64,000 bases of DNA, taken from a virus. The notes under the pieces were generated by a model, which saw only the letters and a program-made list of their open reading frames with translations, had not been told where the DNA came from and did no database searches. Numbering within the stretch: the first letter of the stretch is position 1; every line of letters begins with the position of its first letter. This document shows positions 29,711 to 39,335 of the stretch, in pieces. The stretch is taken from IMG/VR virus record IMGVR_UViG_3300045988_183451. One strand, given 5' to 3'. A program made the translations under genes and the position numbers.

Positions 29711-29920
29711 ATGAAGGCTGTAATAAGATGGACTAATAAGTTTAGTAATGAAACAGGATATGTAAAGGAGTTTAGAAAGAAAGAAGGTTGCTTTGTAAAT
29801 ACATTTGACATTAATAGTGCAAAGGCTTATGCTAGTGAAAGTACAGCAAAAGGAATTATAACTTTACTTAAGAATACAGATGAAGCTATTAATAATGAAT
29901 TTGATATTATAAGTTTATAG
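29711..29920 (+). CDS. hypothetical small protein
   Basis: SD aaggagaaataattATG; ends TAG. Confidence 0.4.
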   Translation: MKAVIRWTNKFSNETGYVKEFRKKEGCFVNTFDINSAKAYASESTAKGIITLLKNTDEAINNEFDIISL

Positions 29921-29944
29921 TCTTTTATATGAGGTAAATAGAAT

Positions 29945-30427
29945 ATGAGACCTTTTTATGAAATAGAACAAATGATTATAGCTCATTATAATAATGATGA
30001 TGATACTTTTAATGCGTATGCAAGAGCTGTAATAGATTATTATAAGAAAGATGGAAATACACTAGGAGCAGAAGAATTAGAAGAAATTATGAAAACTGGC
30101 CATTTAGAACCAAGAACTAATAGGCCTAAGTTTTTACAAGAAAGTACTCCTATATATCCAGATGAAGAAGCTATAACTACAAACACTAATGTCCTTACAG
30201 AAATAAAAGAAGAACAAGAAACAATATCAGATAACAGTAATACTGATGTAATAGATGAAAATATTAAACCTAAAAGGCATAGACGAACTAAAACTGAAAT
30301 GTTATTAGCAAGACAGCAAGAAGAGACATCTGTTAATATTAATGATAGTCCGAAGCCTAAAAGACATAGAAGAACAAAGGCTGAATTAGAAGCGATAGGC
30401 TATTATGATAGTAAGAAAAAAGAATAG
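29945..30427 (+). CDS. hypothetical protein with duplicated basic motif KPKRHRRTK(T/A)E
   Basis: Two copies of PKPKRHRRTK in the C-terminal half; SD gaggtaaatagaatATG. Confidence 0.45.
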   Translation: MRPFYEIEQMIIAHYNNDDDTFNAYARAVIDYYKKDGNTLGAEELEEIMKTGHLEPRTNRPKFLQESTPIYPDEEAITTNTNVLTEIKEEQETISDNSNTDVIDENIKPKRHRRTKTEMLLARQQEETSVNINDSPKPKRHRRTKAELEAIGYYDSKKKE

Positions 30428-30442
30428 AGAAGGAAATAAAAG

Positions 30443-30739
30443 ATGGATATATATTTATCAGATGATGAAATAATAAATGAAATAAGTAGTTATCCCAATC
30501 CTAATCATATTTGGGTTGAGATTTGGACTAGCGAATATACAATAGAAATTAATATTACTGTAAATGATACAGAAGAATGCTTTTTAGGAAAGCATAAGGT
30601 AATTTGTTGTTGTGATGCTTATATAGACAATTATGATGATATTATAAATTTAAAAACTTACGGACATTGTATAGTTAAGTTATTGCGTAAGACTTTTAAA
30701 AACAGCAAGATATATAGTAGACTCTATTATAAAGCATAA
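30443..30739 (+). CDS. hypothetical protein (Cys cluster VICCCDAY)
   Basis: SD agaaggaaataaaagATG. Confidence 0.4.
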   Translation: MDIYLSDDEIINEISSYPNPNHIWVEIWTSEYTIEINITVNDTEECFLGKHKVICCCDAYIDNYDDIINLKTYGHCIVKLLRKTFKNSKIYSRLYYKA

Positions 30740-30896
30740 ATATATTTATCTTTACATCCCATACATATTATTGTAATATAATGTATGTTAGGTGTTAGTA
30801 CAAAAGACTGCTTCTTTTCTAAGGAGGTGGTCTTTTTTTATTCTAAAAAAAAATCAATAAAAAATTCTAAAAATCTATTATTTTTTTTACTTTTCC

Positions 30897-30906
30897 ACAC
30901 TATTTT
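30897..30906 (+). promoter_or_regulatory. degenerate variant of the conserved motif (ACACTATTTTTA)
   Basis: ttttccACACTATTtttatataa, 31 nt upstream of 30937. Confidence 0.3.
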
Positions 30907-30936
30907 TATATAAACAAAAAAAGAAAGGAGTTAATT

Positions 30937-31188
30937 TTGAATGAGTCATTAGAAATTAAACAAAGTATACAGTTACTTAAAGAAAAATTCTTAAGTAATG
31001 GTGTAGGAGAATATAAAAGTTTATTAGAAGAAATATGGAATAGGATGATTATTAATGATAATAAGGCAATCTATGTTTCTTTTGAGTATAACAAATATAT
31101 TTCTCAATTATCAAAAATAGGATTTAATGCAACTTTAACAATGGATAAAGATAAGTTAGTTGTACAAATCACTATGCAGGAAGATTAA
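30937..31188 (+). CDS. hypothetical small protein
   Basis: Track start is TTG; SD aaaggagttaatttTTG. Confidence 0.35.
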   Translation: MNESLEIKQSIQLLKEKFLSNGVGEYKSLLEEIWNRMIINDNKAIYVSFEYNKYISQLSKIGFNATLTMDKDKLVVQITMQED

Positions 31189-31216
31189 AAAAGATAGAAA
31201 GGAAAATAATTAAATA

Positions 31217-32791
31217 ATGGGTTTAGGTATTGGAATATTTGTAGTTATAGCAATAATAGTATTATTACTTATGAGTTACATAAAAGCACCTACAGATAAG
31301 GCGTTTATTGTATCAGGTTTAAGAAAAAAGCCTAAGTATGTAATAGGAAGGTCAGCATTTAGAATTCCGTTTTTACAGAGAGTAGATAAGCTTGAATTAA
31401 AGATGATAAGTGTTGATGTTAAAACAAAGGAATCAGTTCCTACAAATGAATATATCAATGTAAATATTGATTCAGCAGTTAAAATTAAGGTTGGATTATC
31501 TTCTGAAATGTTAGAAAAAGCCGCTAATAACTTCTTAAATAAGAATGATTCATATATTAGAGACCAGGTTGTTGATGTACTTGAAGGTAATGTAAGAGAG
31601 ATTATCGGACAGATGAAGCTTGAAGAAATTGTTCAGGATAGAAAACTGTTTGCTGAAAAAGTACAAGAAAATGCTGCTCCTGATATGGAAAAGATGGGTC
31701 TTGAAATAGTAAGTTTCAATGTTCAGAATGTTACTGATGAAGGTAATGTTATTGAAAACTTAGGTATTGATAGAGTGGTAAGTATTTCTAAATCAGCACA
31801 GATTTCAAGAGCAGAAAGTGAAAGAGATATTGCTGTTGCTAAAGCTAATGCTGAAAAACAGGCTAATGATGCAAGAATTGAAGCAGAAACAGCTATTGCA
31901 GAAAGAAATAACGAACTTGAAATTAAGAAGCAGGAGTTAAAGAAGGCTGCTGATATTAGAAAGGCTGAAGCTGATGCTGCTTATGAAATTCAGGAACAGG
32001 AACAGCGAAAGACTATTGAAATCACAACTGCTAACGCTAATATTGCAAAGCAGGAAAAGGAAATCGAACTTAGAGAAAAGGAAATTGCTGTTAAGGAAAA
32101 GACACTTGATGCTGAAATCCGTAAGCAGGCAGAAGCAGAAAAATATGCTGCACAGCAAAAGGCAGATGCAGACCTTTACTTAAGACAGAAAGAAGCCGAA
32201 GCAAAACAGTTTGAGATTGTTAAGCAGGCTGAAGCTAAGAAGTCACAGGCAGAGGCAGATAGATTTGCTAAAGAACAGGAAGCCGAAGCTATTAAGGCAC
32301 AGGGATTAGCAGAAGCAGAAAGCATTAAGGCTAAAGGTATCGCTGATGCGGAAAGTATTAAAGCAAAGGGTATGGCTGAAGCTGAAGCTATGGAGAAGAA
32401 AGCAAATGCTTATGAGAAGTACGGTAAAGCTGCTATGACAGATATGATTATTAAGATACTTCCAGAAATGGCAGGACAGATTGCTAAACCTCTTGAAGCT
32501 ATTGATAAGGTTACTATTATTGATGGTGGTAACGGAGAAACAGGTGTAGGTTCATTTAGCGGTAATGTTCCTTCAGTACTTGCAAAGACTATTGAATCTG
32601 TTAAGGAAACAACAGGATTTGACCTTACAGAGGTTATGAAAGCTAATACATATGATGCTAAGACAACTAAGAATGTTAATTTTACAGGACTTCCTAATGA
32701 AGTCAATGTAGATGCTTCTAACACTTCTGATATAGATGATGTATTTGAAAATACTGATTTTGATAAGGCTATGAAAAAGCTTTCTGATTAA
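31217..32791 (+). CDS. flotillin-like SPFH/band-7 protein (FloT/YuaG-like)
   Basis: N-terminal TM then SPFH domain (KAFIVSGLRKKPKYVIGRSAFRIPFLQRVDKLELKMISVDVKTKE), long Ala/Glu-rich coiled coil with EA repeats, about 524 aa. Confidence 0.7.
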   Translation: MGLGIGIFVVIAIIVLLLMSYIKAPTDKAFIVSGLRKKPKYVIGRSAFRIPFLQRVDKLELKMISVDVKTKESVPTNEYINVNIDSAVKIKVGLSSEMLEKAANNFLNKNDSYIRDQVVDVLEGNVREIIGQMKLEEIVQDRKLFAEKVQENAAPDMEKMGLEIVSFNVQNVTDEGNVIENLGIDRVVSISKSAQISRAESERDIAVAKANAEKQANDARIEAETAIAERNNELEIKKQELKKAADIRKAEADAAYEIQEQEQRKTIEITTANANIAKQEKEIELREKEIAVKEKTLDAEIRKQAEAEKYAAQQKADADLYLRQKEAEAKQFEIVKQAEAKKSQAEADRFAKEQEAEAIKAQGLAEAESIKAKGIADAESIKAKGMAEAEAMEKKANAYEKYGKAAMTDMIIKILPEMAGQIAKPLEAIDKVTIIDGGNGETGVGSFSGNVPSVLAKTIESVKETTGFDLTEVMKANTYDAKTTKNVNFTGLPNEVNVDASNTSDIDDVFENTDFDKAMKKLSD

Positions 32792-32899
32792 TATTAAATA
32801 TATAAATTTGATTATAGGCACTAATTAATATTTTAGTTAGTGTCTATAATTTTATAATCGTGTAAAAAGATAATGTTTTATTTTAATAAAGAATTTTAC

Positions 32900-32909
32900 A
32901 CACTATTAT
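32900..32909 (+). promoter_or_regulatory. conserved ACACTATTAT promoter-like motif
   Basis: gaattttACACACTATTATatatataa. Confidence 0.45.
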
Positions 32910-32973
32910 ATATATAATTTTTTGAAGATTAATAATAGGAAAGGAAAAGCTATTTAGATGAAAACTATATCTA

Positions 32974-33426
32974 ATGTTTTTAATGGTAGGGTTTATGAAT
33001 AAGAAATACGAAATAGTTATTTGGAAGAATAAAAGTAAAAGAGATAGAGGAACACCTAATTATATATCCCCTTATTTAGATGCTACTAACATAGAAGCTA
33101 TAAAAGAAGAAGCCTCTGAATATAGTATTGAGGATACAGGATGTATAGAAATTAGAGATATACAAGAAGATATTGCAGTATGTCATTATGAAAATGGTAA
33201 ATGGACAGATTTAAGAGAAAATAATAATAACATGACACAAGAAATGATATGTATATTAAAAAATATATCAGATTTATGTTATCAGGCAAGTAATAAAGTT
33301 TATGATGATGATGACAAAGAAAAAGGAACTGCAAAAATATTAAGTTTGTGTGATAATTTAAGTGAAGCTATTAATGATTATATAAACGATTATGAGAAAA
33401 ATTATGAAGATATAGAATTAGATTAA
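32974..33426 (+). CDS. hypothetical protein
   Basis: ORF track; alternative ATG at 32991 or 32997. Confidence 0.45.
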   Translation: MFLMVGFMNKKYEIVIWKNKSKRDRGTPNYISPYLDATNIEAIKEEASEYSIEDTGCIEIRDIQEDIAVCHYENGKWTDLRENNNNMTQEMICILKNISDLCYQASNKVYDDDDKEKGTAKILSLCDNLSEAINDYINDYEKNYEDIELD

Positions 33427-33446
33427 GCAATAGGAGATATAAAAAT

Positions 33447-33869
33447 ATGTTTAACAAATTTAAAAGAGAAAAATATCCAGAAAGATATGTTGACTTATGT
33501 AAGTTTGTAAATTTTTATAACGAAATGAATGATTTCTATACATATAATCATCGTAGGCTTTATTTACAAGTTTCAGATAAAGATTGGACTATCATTAGTC
33601 TTGAACAGGAACAACCATTAAATAAAATTTTAAAATTTATGTCTGAGCATCCAGAAGCACGAAAAACGGCATATATAGAAGATACAATAAGCAAAGAAAA
33701 AGATATTAAATTAACAAAACAATTTCGTAAGTTAAATATAGACTACAAGAAAGCTTATAATTTAATTACAGACATAGATAGTCAATTAATACCAGCATTA
33801 GATGAAACAATCGAAAAACAATATTCTACAAAGGAAGACATTAATAATGACTATGATATTGATTATTAA
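33447..33869 (+). CDS. hypothetical protein
   Basis: SD aataggagatataaaaatATG. Confidence 0.45.
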   Translation: MFNKFKREKYPERYVDLCKFVNFYNEMNDFYTYNHRRLYLQVSDKDWTIISLEQEQPLNKILKFMSEHPEARKTAYIEDTISKEKDIKLTKQFRKLNIDYKKAYNLITDIDSQLIPALDETIEKQYSTKEDINNDYDIDY

Positions 33870-33950
33870 TGGTAAAAACAAACTATAGTTTAAAAGATTT
33901 TTATAAAATTATGAACTATATATAAATAGTAAAAATAGGAGTTCTATATT

Positions 33951-34838
33951 ATGAGAGATTGGATAAAAAATATTCATACTGTTGATAAGACTTGTGTGAA
34001 TTCTGAAGGAGAATATTATAAATACACAGAATTTGATAGAAAACCAATATCTTTATATATCGTTGTAACAAGAGATTGTAATGCTAGATGTCCTTTTTGT
34101 GAATATAGAGGGAAAACCGAAAAAATTGACATCAGTAAATTTGAGGAAATTTTTATTGAGTTAAGTAAATATTATGATATTACAACAGTTCATTTTACAG
34201 GTGGAGAACCTACCTTAGAATTAGATACAATTAATGCGTTAAGTAAAACTATAAAAGAAATATCTCCTTTATACAAAACAAGTGTTAATACTAATGGAAT
34301 ATTTTTAAATGAATTGTCTAATATAGATACAATAGATAATATTGCTTTAAGCAGACACACTATTATAGATAAAGATAATTTTGATATTTTTAGAACTAAT
34401 AATATTGCTACATATGAAGACATTTATAATAATAATCATAAGGAAAAAATCCATTTGAGTTGTAATCTTATAAGAGGATATATAGATGGTAGTGATAAAA
34501 TATTAGAATATCTTGAAATGGCATCTAAATTAGATATAAATGATGTAGGTTTTGTTAGTCTTATGGATATAAATGATTATTGTGAAGAAAATTTTGTAGA
34601 CTTTAGTAATATAATTCCAAAGGAAAATAACTTTTTTAATAAAACAAGAGATTATAGGTGTATTAATAATAAGAATGTAATTACTTGTAAGTGTGAAAAT
34701 TATCTTTATAGAGCTAAAAATATGAATTTTGTATCAATGTATCATAGATATGTTATTAAGAATAATGAAAAAGCAGATTTTCTTGTTTATGAAAACAATC
34801 ATTTAAAACAAGGATTCAATGGAAATATTATTATATAG
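33951..34838 (+). CDS. radical SAM enzyme (MoaA/SPASM-like class)
   Basis: CNARCPFC Cx3Cx2C motif in VVTRDCNARCPFCEY; HFTGGEPTL SAM-binding glycine motif; C-terminal Cys cluster CINNKNVITCKC; SD aataggagttctatattATG. Confidence 0.65.
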   Translation: MRDWIKNIHTVDKTCVNSEGEYYKYTEFDRKPISLYIVVTRDCNARCPFCEYRGKTEKIDISKFEEIFIELSKYYDITTVHFTGGEPTLELDTINALSKTIKEISPLYKTSVNTNGIFLNELSNIDTIDNIALSRHTIIDKDNFDIFRTNNIATYEDIYNNNHKEKIHLSCNLIRGYIDGSDKILEYLEMASKLDINDVGFVSLMDINDYCEENFVDFSNIIPKENNFFNKTRDYRCINNKNVITCKCENYLYRAKNMNFVSMYHRYVIKNNEKADFLVYENNHLKQGFNGNIII

Positions 34839-34855
34839 AAAGGTAGGATTTAATT

Positions 34856-35002
34856 ATGGAACAGATTATTAAGGAATTAAAAGAAGCAGGATATGATTAT
34901 GGAGTAGCTATTGCAACTAAAGCGGAAATAAAAGCTGGAGCTGCTTGTGGTCAGTTAAGTTTAATAGTTGAAAAGAGTTCAGACAAAGGGATGAATTCTT
35001 AA
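34856..35002 (+). CDS. small 48-aa Gly/Ala/Cys-containing peptide (candidate RiPP precursor)
   Basis: MEQIIKELKEAGYDYGVAIATKAEIKAGAACGQLSLIVEKSSDKGMNS; SD aggtaggatttaattATG; 18 nt downstream of the rSAM gene; below the track cutoff. Confidence 0.3.
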   Translation: MEQIIKELKEAGYDYGVAIATKAEIKAGAACGQLSLIVEKSSDKGMNS

Positions 35003-35018
35003 TATAAGGAGTTTTAAT

Positions 35019-35846
35019 ATGAAACATAATTTAAAAACAATTTCATTTATGATAGCTTCATTTAAAGATATTGTAGGTACATTTGGTATGAATGAAAAAT
35101 CAATATCCTTTTTTAAGAAAAATATAGAAGGATTGTCTGCTATAAGTCAGGTCACTTCATCAGATGCTAATTTAATATATGATATATTAGACATTAATGA
35201 TAAAAATATCAGTTATGAGCAAAGAATGAAATCTTTAAACAAATATGTGATGGCAATAAACAGGGTTCATACTGTTAAAAATAAGGAAACTATTTTTTAT
35301 ATTATAAATGATTTAAGAAATTCTAATGTGATTTCAGAAAAAACTAAAAGGAATGTATTAGAAACCTTAGATATAGATGAAGCTCTTTATAAGGAAAATG
35401 TAATTAATACAATTAAAGCAATTAAAGAAAATAATGATTTTGGAAGTTATTCATTTAATGAAAAATCAGATATTAATATTTCCGAAATTGAGAAATATAA
35501 AGAAATAATTAAAGGTAATAAAAACTTACATATAAAAATCAAAAATGAAAATGCTGTATGTTCTGGTGATAGACATTACTACATCTACAAGTTAAAAGAT
35601 TTTTTAGATACGCTTACCGATAAATATGAAGGCGATAATGCATTAAAGGCTTTAAAATATGGAGATTTTATTATAGGTCAAGAAGAGAGTTCTCCATCAG
35701 GGGACCCTTGCAGAGGTTTTATTACAACATTTAGAGAAGATACTAAGATTAAAGCTGAATTTTTAAAAATTAATTGGAACAAGGTAGTTGCTGAATTAAC
35801 TATTAATAAAGACAAACAAACTGACGATTTAGATTATGATTATTAA
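35019..35846 (+). CDS. hypothetical protein
   Basis: SD aaggagttttaatATG. Confidence 0.5.
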   Translation: MKHNLKTISFMIASFKDIVGTFGMNEKSISFFKKNIEGLSAISQVTSSDANLIYDILDINDKNISYEQRMKSLNKYVMAINRVHTVKNKETIFYIINDLRNSNVISEKTKRNVLETLDIDEALYKENVINTIKAIKENNDFGSYSFNEKSDINISEIEKYKEIIKGNKNLHIKIKNENAVCSGDRHYYIYKLKDFLDTLTDKYEGDNALKALKYGDFIIGQEESSPSGDPCRGFITTFREDTKIKAEFLKINWNKVVAELTINKDKQTDDLDYDY

Positions 35847-35909
35847 TTAATAATATTTATAAAAAAGGTGCTAAGTGAAATTATTTAGTATCTTTTTTTA
35901 ATGTCTATT

Positions 35910-35919
35910 GCACTATTAT
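35910..35919 (+). promoter_or_regulatory. conserved CACTATTAT promoter-like motif
   Basis: tctattgCACTATTATattataaagataaaaaggagtcgttaaaagATG. Confidence 0.45.
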
Positions 35920-35949
35920 ATTATAAAGATAAAAAGGAGTCGTTAAAAG

Positions 35950-36747
35950 ATGAAAGAAGTAACAAGTAGAGAGTTTGCTAATGGAAAAGTATATATGTTA
36001 ATGACTGATGATAATTATCCTATAGAAGTGACTGATACTTTTTTACCTTTCTATACAAAGGATTGTATTAATGAACACACGAATGAACTTAGGGAAGATG
36101 TGCTAGGTTCAAGAGAAGAAAGATGGATGATTGGCGTTAGTTGTATGAGTGGTTGTCCTGTAAGATGCCAATTTTGTAATACTGGGAAATTAAAAAGATA
36201 TAGAAATTTATCTGCAAAAGAGATATATGAACAGGTTGTTTTTATATTAGACAATCATCCAGAGATAAAAGAGATTAATAGTAAGGAATTTAAAATTAAT
36301 TATACAAGAATGGGAGAACCTTTCCTTAATATTGAAGCTGTAAAAGAAGCTATTACTCTTATAGACAATGAGCCAAGACTAAAGAATGTCAAGATACATC
36401 ATTATATAAGCACAATAGGTCTTAAAGGCAGTGATTTTAGTTTTGTAAAGGATAATATTACTTTACAAATTAGCCTACATAGTCTTAATGAGGATAGAAG
36501 ACATAATCTTATTCCTATAAAGGGTCTTATGAGTATAGAAGAATTAGGACAGATAAGAACTAATAGTAATTTAAAAACAACTGTTAATATGACGCTTGTA
36601 GATACAAAAGACTTTGATATTAATATTATGAAAAAGTATTTTGACCCTAAGTATTTTTTTATTAAGCTTAGTCCTATTAATGAGAATGAGGTTAGTAAGG
36701 AACATAATATGGGTAAAGGTATTATTCATAGAGATAATTTAATTTAA
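35950..36747 (+). CDS. RlmN/Cfr-like radical SAM RNA methyltransferase, truncated (265 aa)
   Basis: GVSCMSGCPVRCQFCNTG (compare RlmN SQVGCALECKFCSTA); YTRMGEPFLN (compare MGMGEPLLN); ISTIGLKGS...LQISLHSLNEDRRHNLIPIKG (compare LSTSG...[21 protein letters not shown]); lacks the N- and C-terminal extensions of RlmN. Confidence 0.6.
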   Translation: MKEVTSREFANGKVYMLMTDDNYPIEVTDTFLPFYTKDCINEHTNELREDVLGSREERWMIGVSCMSGCPVRCQFCNTGKLKRYRNLSAKEIYEQVVFILDNHPEIKEINSKEFKINYTRMGEPFLNIEAVKEAITLIDNEPRLKNVKIHHYISTIGLKGSDFSFVKDNITLQISLHSLNEDRRHNLIPIKGLMSIEELGQIRTNSNLKTTVNMTLVDTKDFDINIMKKYFDPKYFFIKLSPINENEVSKEHNMGKGIIHRDNLI

Positions 36748-36870
36748 GATTTATTACGAATACCACATCAAGCATTATTGGTGTGGTATTTTTTTACTTG
36801 TAATGTATCTCCAATTTGGATATAATATAACAAAAATAGATTGTGGTATAAAAGAAAAAGAGGAATTTTT

Positions 36871-37305
36871 ATGTATAATAATATTTCAAGTAATATAAAA
36901 GGATTAAGAAAAATAACAGGATTATCACAAAGCGAATTTGCTTCTAAATATAAAATACAAAAGAGAACCTTACAAAATTGGGAGCAAGGTATATCAAAAG
37001 CACCAGAGTATTTTATAGACCTGTTATCAAAAGATATTCTAAAGACAAATGATACAACAAAAACATATACTATTACTGGAAAAAAGGGAAAATATATCTA
37101 TAATGATTGTAAAGGACGTCTTATAGACGATAAAGGAAATAATATTAATATAAAAATACCTGATTTTGATAAGATAAATAAACATAATTTAGGTTTGTAT
37201 TGTGACTTTTTATTTGAAGATTATAAAAATAGTATTAAAGATTTTATAAATCAATGTAAAGGAGATATAAAATCAGATGTAATATGGACTACTTTTGATA
37301 ATTAA
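36871..37305 (+). CDS. XRE-family HTH protein (HipB-like antitoxin candidate)
   Basis: IKGLRKITGLSQSEFASKYKIQKRTLQNWEQGISKAP helix-turn-helix; SD aagaggaatttttATG at 36871 (track start 36841 is non-ATG). Confidence 0.55.
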   Translation: MYNNISSNIKGLRKITGLSQSEFASKYKIQKRTLQNWEQGISKAPEYFIDLLSKDILKTNDTTKTYTITGKKGKYIYNDCKGRLIDDKGNNINIKIPDFDKINKHNLGLYCDFLFEDYKNSIKDFINQCKGDIKSDVIWTTFDN

Positions 37306-37308
37306 AAG

Positions 37309-38580
37309 ATGAAAGGAAAATTTATGAAAGATTATATATTAATGCATAAGAATATTGAAGTAGCATTAATGAAGTTAGATGAAAATGATGCTAATTCAAA
37401 ACCATCAAAAATATATCTGAATGAAAAAGAACAAGACCATATTCCTATTGGAGCAAGGATGAATAATATTAAATTCATTAACTGGTGGCAGGATAGAGCA
37501 ATACCTAAAACAAGACAGGGAGCAAAAACAGCCCTACAAAGATTAGGATATAGTTCAGTTACTAATGCTATGATAAATAATCTAGCCTTAAGTCTTAATG
37601 ATTGCTATTGGATTAAGCCCAGATATTCAGAACTTACCTGGGAAGAAGTTAATTTATTTTCAAATAATTTTGTTGATGCTTTTGGAGAACTTACCTTTAA
37701 CCAAACAGAAGATTTAGATTTGAGAAGATATACTAAGTTTTTAAGTGCTGTTTCACAAGGAGAGGTTCAAAAAAAATGGTGTATAGATAAGAATAATCAT
37801 AGGTATCTTGTAAAAGGTAATTATGGCAATTCATATCAACAAAGTATTAATGAGGTGTTTGCAAGTAATTTTCATAAAGACCAGGATTTTAATAATTATA
37901 CTCCTTATTATTTTTGTAATATTGAACTTACAAATAGTAGAAAAGGATTAGGATGTTTTTCTTATAATTTTTGTAATGAAAATATTGAGAGTATTTCAGC
38001 TTGGGAATTATTACAAACTAGAAAGATTAAACAAAATGAAAGCTTATATTATCCTTTCAAAGATATATGTTTATCACTAGGAATCAAAGAAGATGATTTT
38101 GATAATTTTATTGATTATGAGATTTGTAGTGATTTTTTATTTACTAATCTTGATAGACATATGAATAATATCAGTATTTTAAGAAATCCAGATACATTAG
38201 AAATATTAGGGTTTGCTCCTATATATGATACTGGAAATAGTATGTTTTATAATGTTCCTACTAATGAATTAAATAATGTTAAGTTAGGACAAGATAAAAC
38301 ACATTCATTTATAACGTCAAAAGAAAATAGATTACTAAAGTATGTTAGAAATAAAGAGATTATAAACATAGACAAAATTAATGCTGATTTCTCAATATAC
38401 GAAAAGGATATTTATGATAATGATTTAAGGATTTCTTTATTAAAAGAAAAATTTGAAAGAAAAGTAGATTTATTGTTGTCTTTTCAAAAAGGTAATAATA
38501 TATGGGAAGATAATTATAATAAATCATATATACAAAAATTTAATAATCTAATAGGAACTGATGAAATTGATTTAGATTAA
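37309..38580 (+). CDS. HipA-like Ser/Thr kinase (toxin candidate)
   Basis: Catalytic loop FLFTNLDRHMNNISIL (D-x-H-x-x-N) and APIYDTGNSMFY (HipA YD motif); alternative start ATG 37324. Confidence 0.6.
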   Translation: MKGKFMKDYILMHKNIEVALMKLDENDANSKPSKIYLNEKEQDHIPIGARMNNIKFINWWQDRAIPKTRQGAKTALQRLGYSSVTNAMINNLALSLNDCYWIKPRYSELTWEEVNLFSNNFVDAFGELTFNQTEDLDLRRYTKFLSAVSQGEVQKKWCIDKNNHRYLVKGNYGNSYQQSINEVFASNFHKDQDFNNYTPYYFCNIELTNSRKGLGCFSYNFCNENIESISAWELLQTRKIKQNESLYYPFKDICLSLGIKEDDFDNFIDYEICSDFLFTNLDRHMNNISILRNPDTLEILGFAPIYDTGNSMFYNVPTNELNNVKLGQDKTHSFITSKENRLLKYVRNKEIINIDKINADFSIYEKDIYDNDLRISLLKEKFERKVDLLLSFQKGNNIWEDNYNKSYIQKFNNLIGTDEIDLD

Positions 38581-38590
38581 TAGTAGTATG

Positions 38591-38629
38591 AGAGCTTATT
38601 TTTATATTAAAAAATAGGCTCTTTTTTTA
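38591..38629 (+). terminator. rho-independent terminator
   Basis: agagcttat...ataggctct stem then ttttttt. Confidence 0.55.
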
Positions 38630-38638
38630 TACTCTGAT

Positions 38639-38648
38639 ACACTATTAT
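38639..38648 (+). promoter_or_regulatory. conserved ACACTATTAT promoter-like motif
   Basis: ctctgatACACTATTATattataaaag; 50 nt upstream of ATG 38698. Confidence 0.45.
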
Positions 38649-38697
38649 ATTATAAAAGATATTTATCGTTTTTTTAAAATGGAAAGGAAAATACAAT

Positions 38698-39045
38698 ATG
38701 TTTAATAGTGTTCCTTTAACATTATTTACAAATACATATAATAGAAAAAATAATAAGAGCTTTTTTAATAACGGAAAAAAGATTAACAAAAATATCAAAA
38801 AATTTATATTAGAAGGAGATATTTATATGGATATAAAGACAGATGAAACAGTATTAATGTTTATTGCTGATAATACATATAGTATTTGGACTTTGCGAAA
38901 GAATGAAGAAACAATAAGTACTGGAGATATATCTGAATGTTTACAGACAATTTTTTCAAATTATGATGTAAAGGGAATTGATTTAGTTCCAACACAGTTT
39001 AGTGAAAGTCGTGTATTGCAGTATTTAATTATGGTTAAAATCTAA
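38698..39045 (+). CDS. hypothetical protein (basic N-terminus)
   Basis: SD aatggaaaggaaaatacaatATG. Confidence 0.4.
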   Translation: MFNSVPLTLFTNTYNRKNNKSFFNNGKKINKNIKKFILEGDIYMDIKTDETVLMFIADNTYSIWTLRKNEETISTGDISECLQTIFSNYDVKGIDLVPTQFSESRVLQYLIMVKI

Positions 39046-39059
39046 ATGGAGAATATTTT

Positions 39060-39335
39060 ATGAAGTGTATTTTTATTAATATGTTTCCTATTTTAATATC
39101 AATTATATCTTTTGGATTATTTTTAATAAATATTTACTTTTCTATAAAAGAAAAAAGTCATCAAAACCAAATTATTTTAATATACAAGAGTATTATTTTA
39201 GCAATAATTGGAATTTTTAATTTTATATTTTTTGTGATTTTTAAATTATTCAATCCTATATTTATAATTATATTACTTATTATTGAAATTCCTATATTAT
39301 TGTTCGTCATTTTTTATAAGGATTTAGATTGTTAA
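39060..39335 (+). CDS. small membrane protein
   Basis: Three hydrophobic segments. Confidence 0.4.
   Translation: MKCIFINMFPILISIISFGLFLINIYFSIKEKSHQNQIILIYKSIILAIIGIFNFIFFVIFKLFNPIFIIILLIIEIPILLFVIFYKDLDC

Noticed and set aside
33951-34838. Prokaryotic viperin (pVip)
   Set aside because: The CNxxCxFC motif superficially resembles viperin CNYKCGFC. The same spacing occurs in MoaA and PFL-AE, and no partner nucleotide kinase is adjacent, so the evidence is insufficient.
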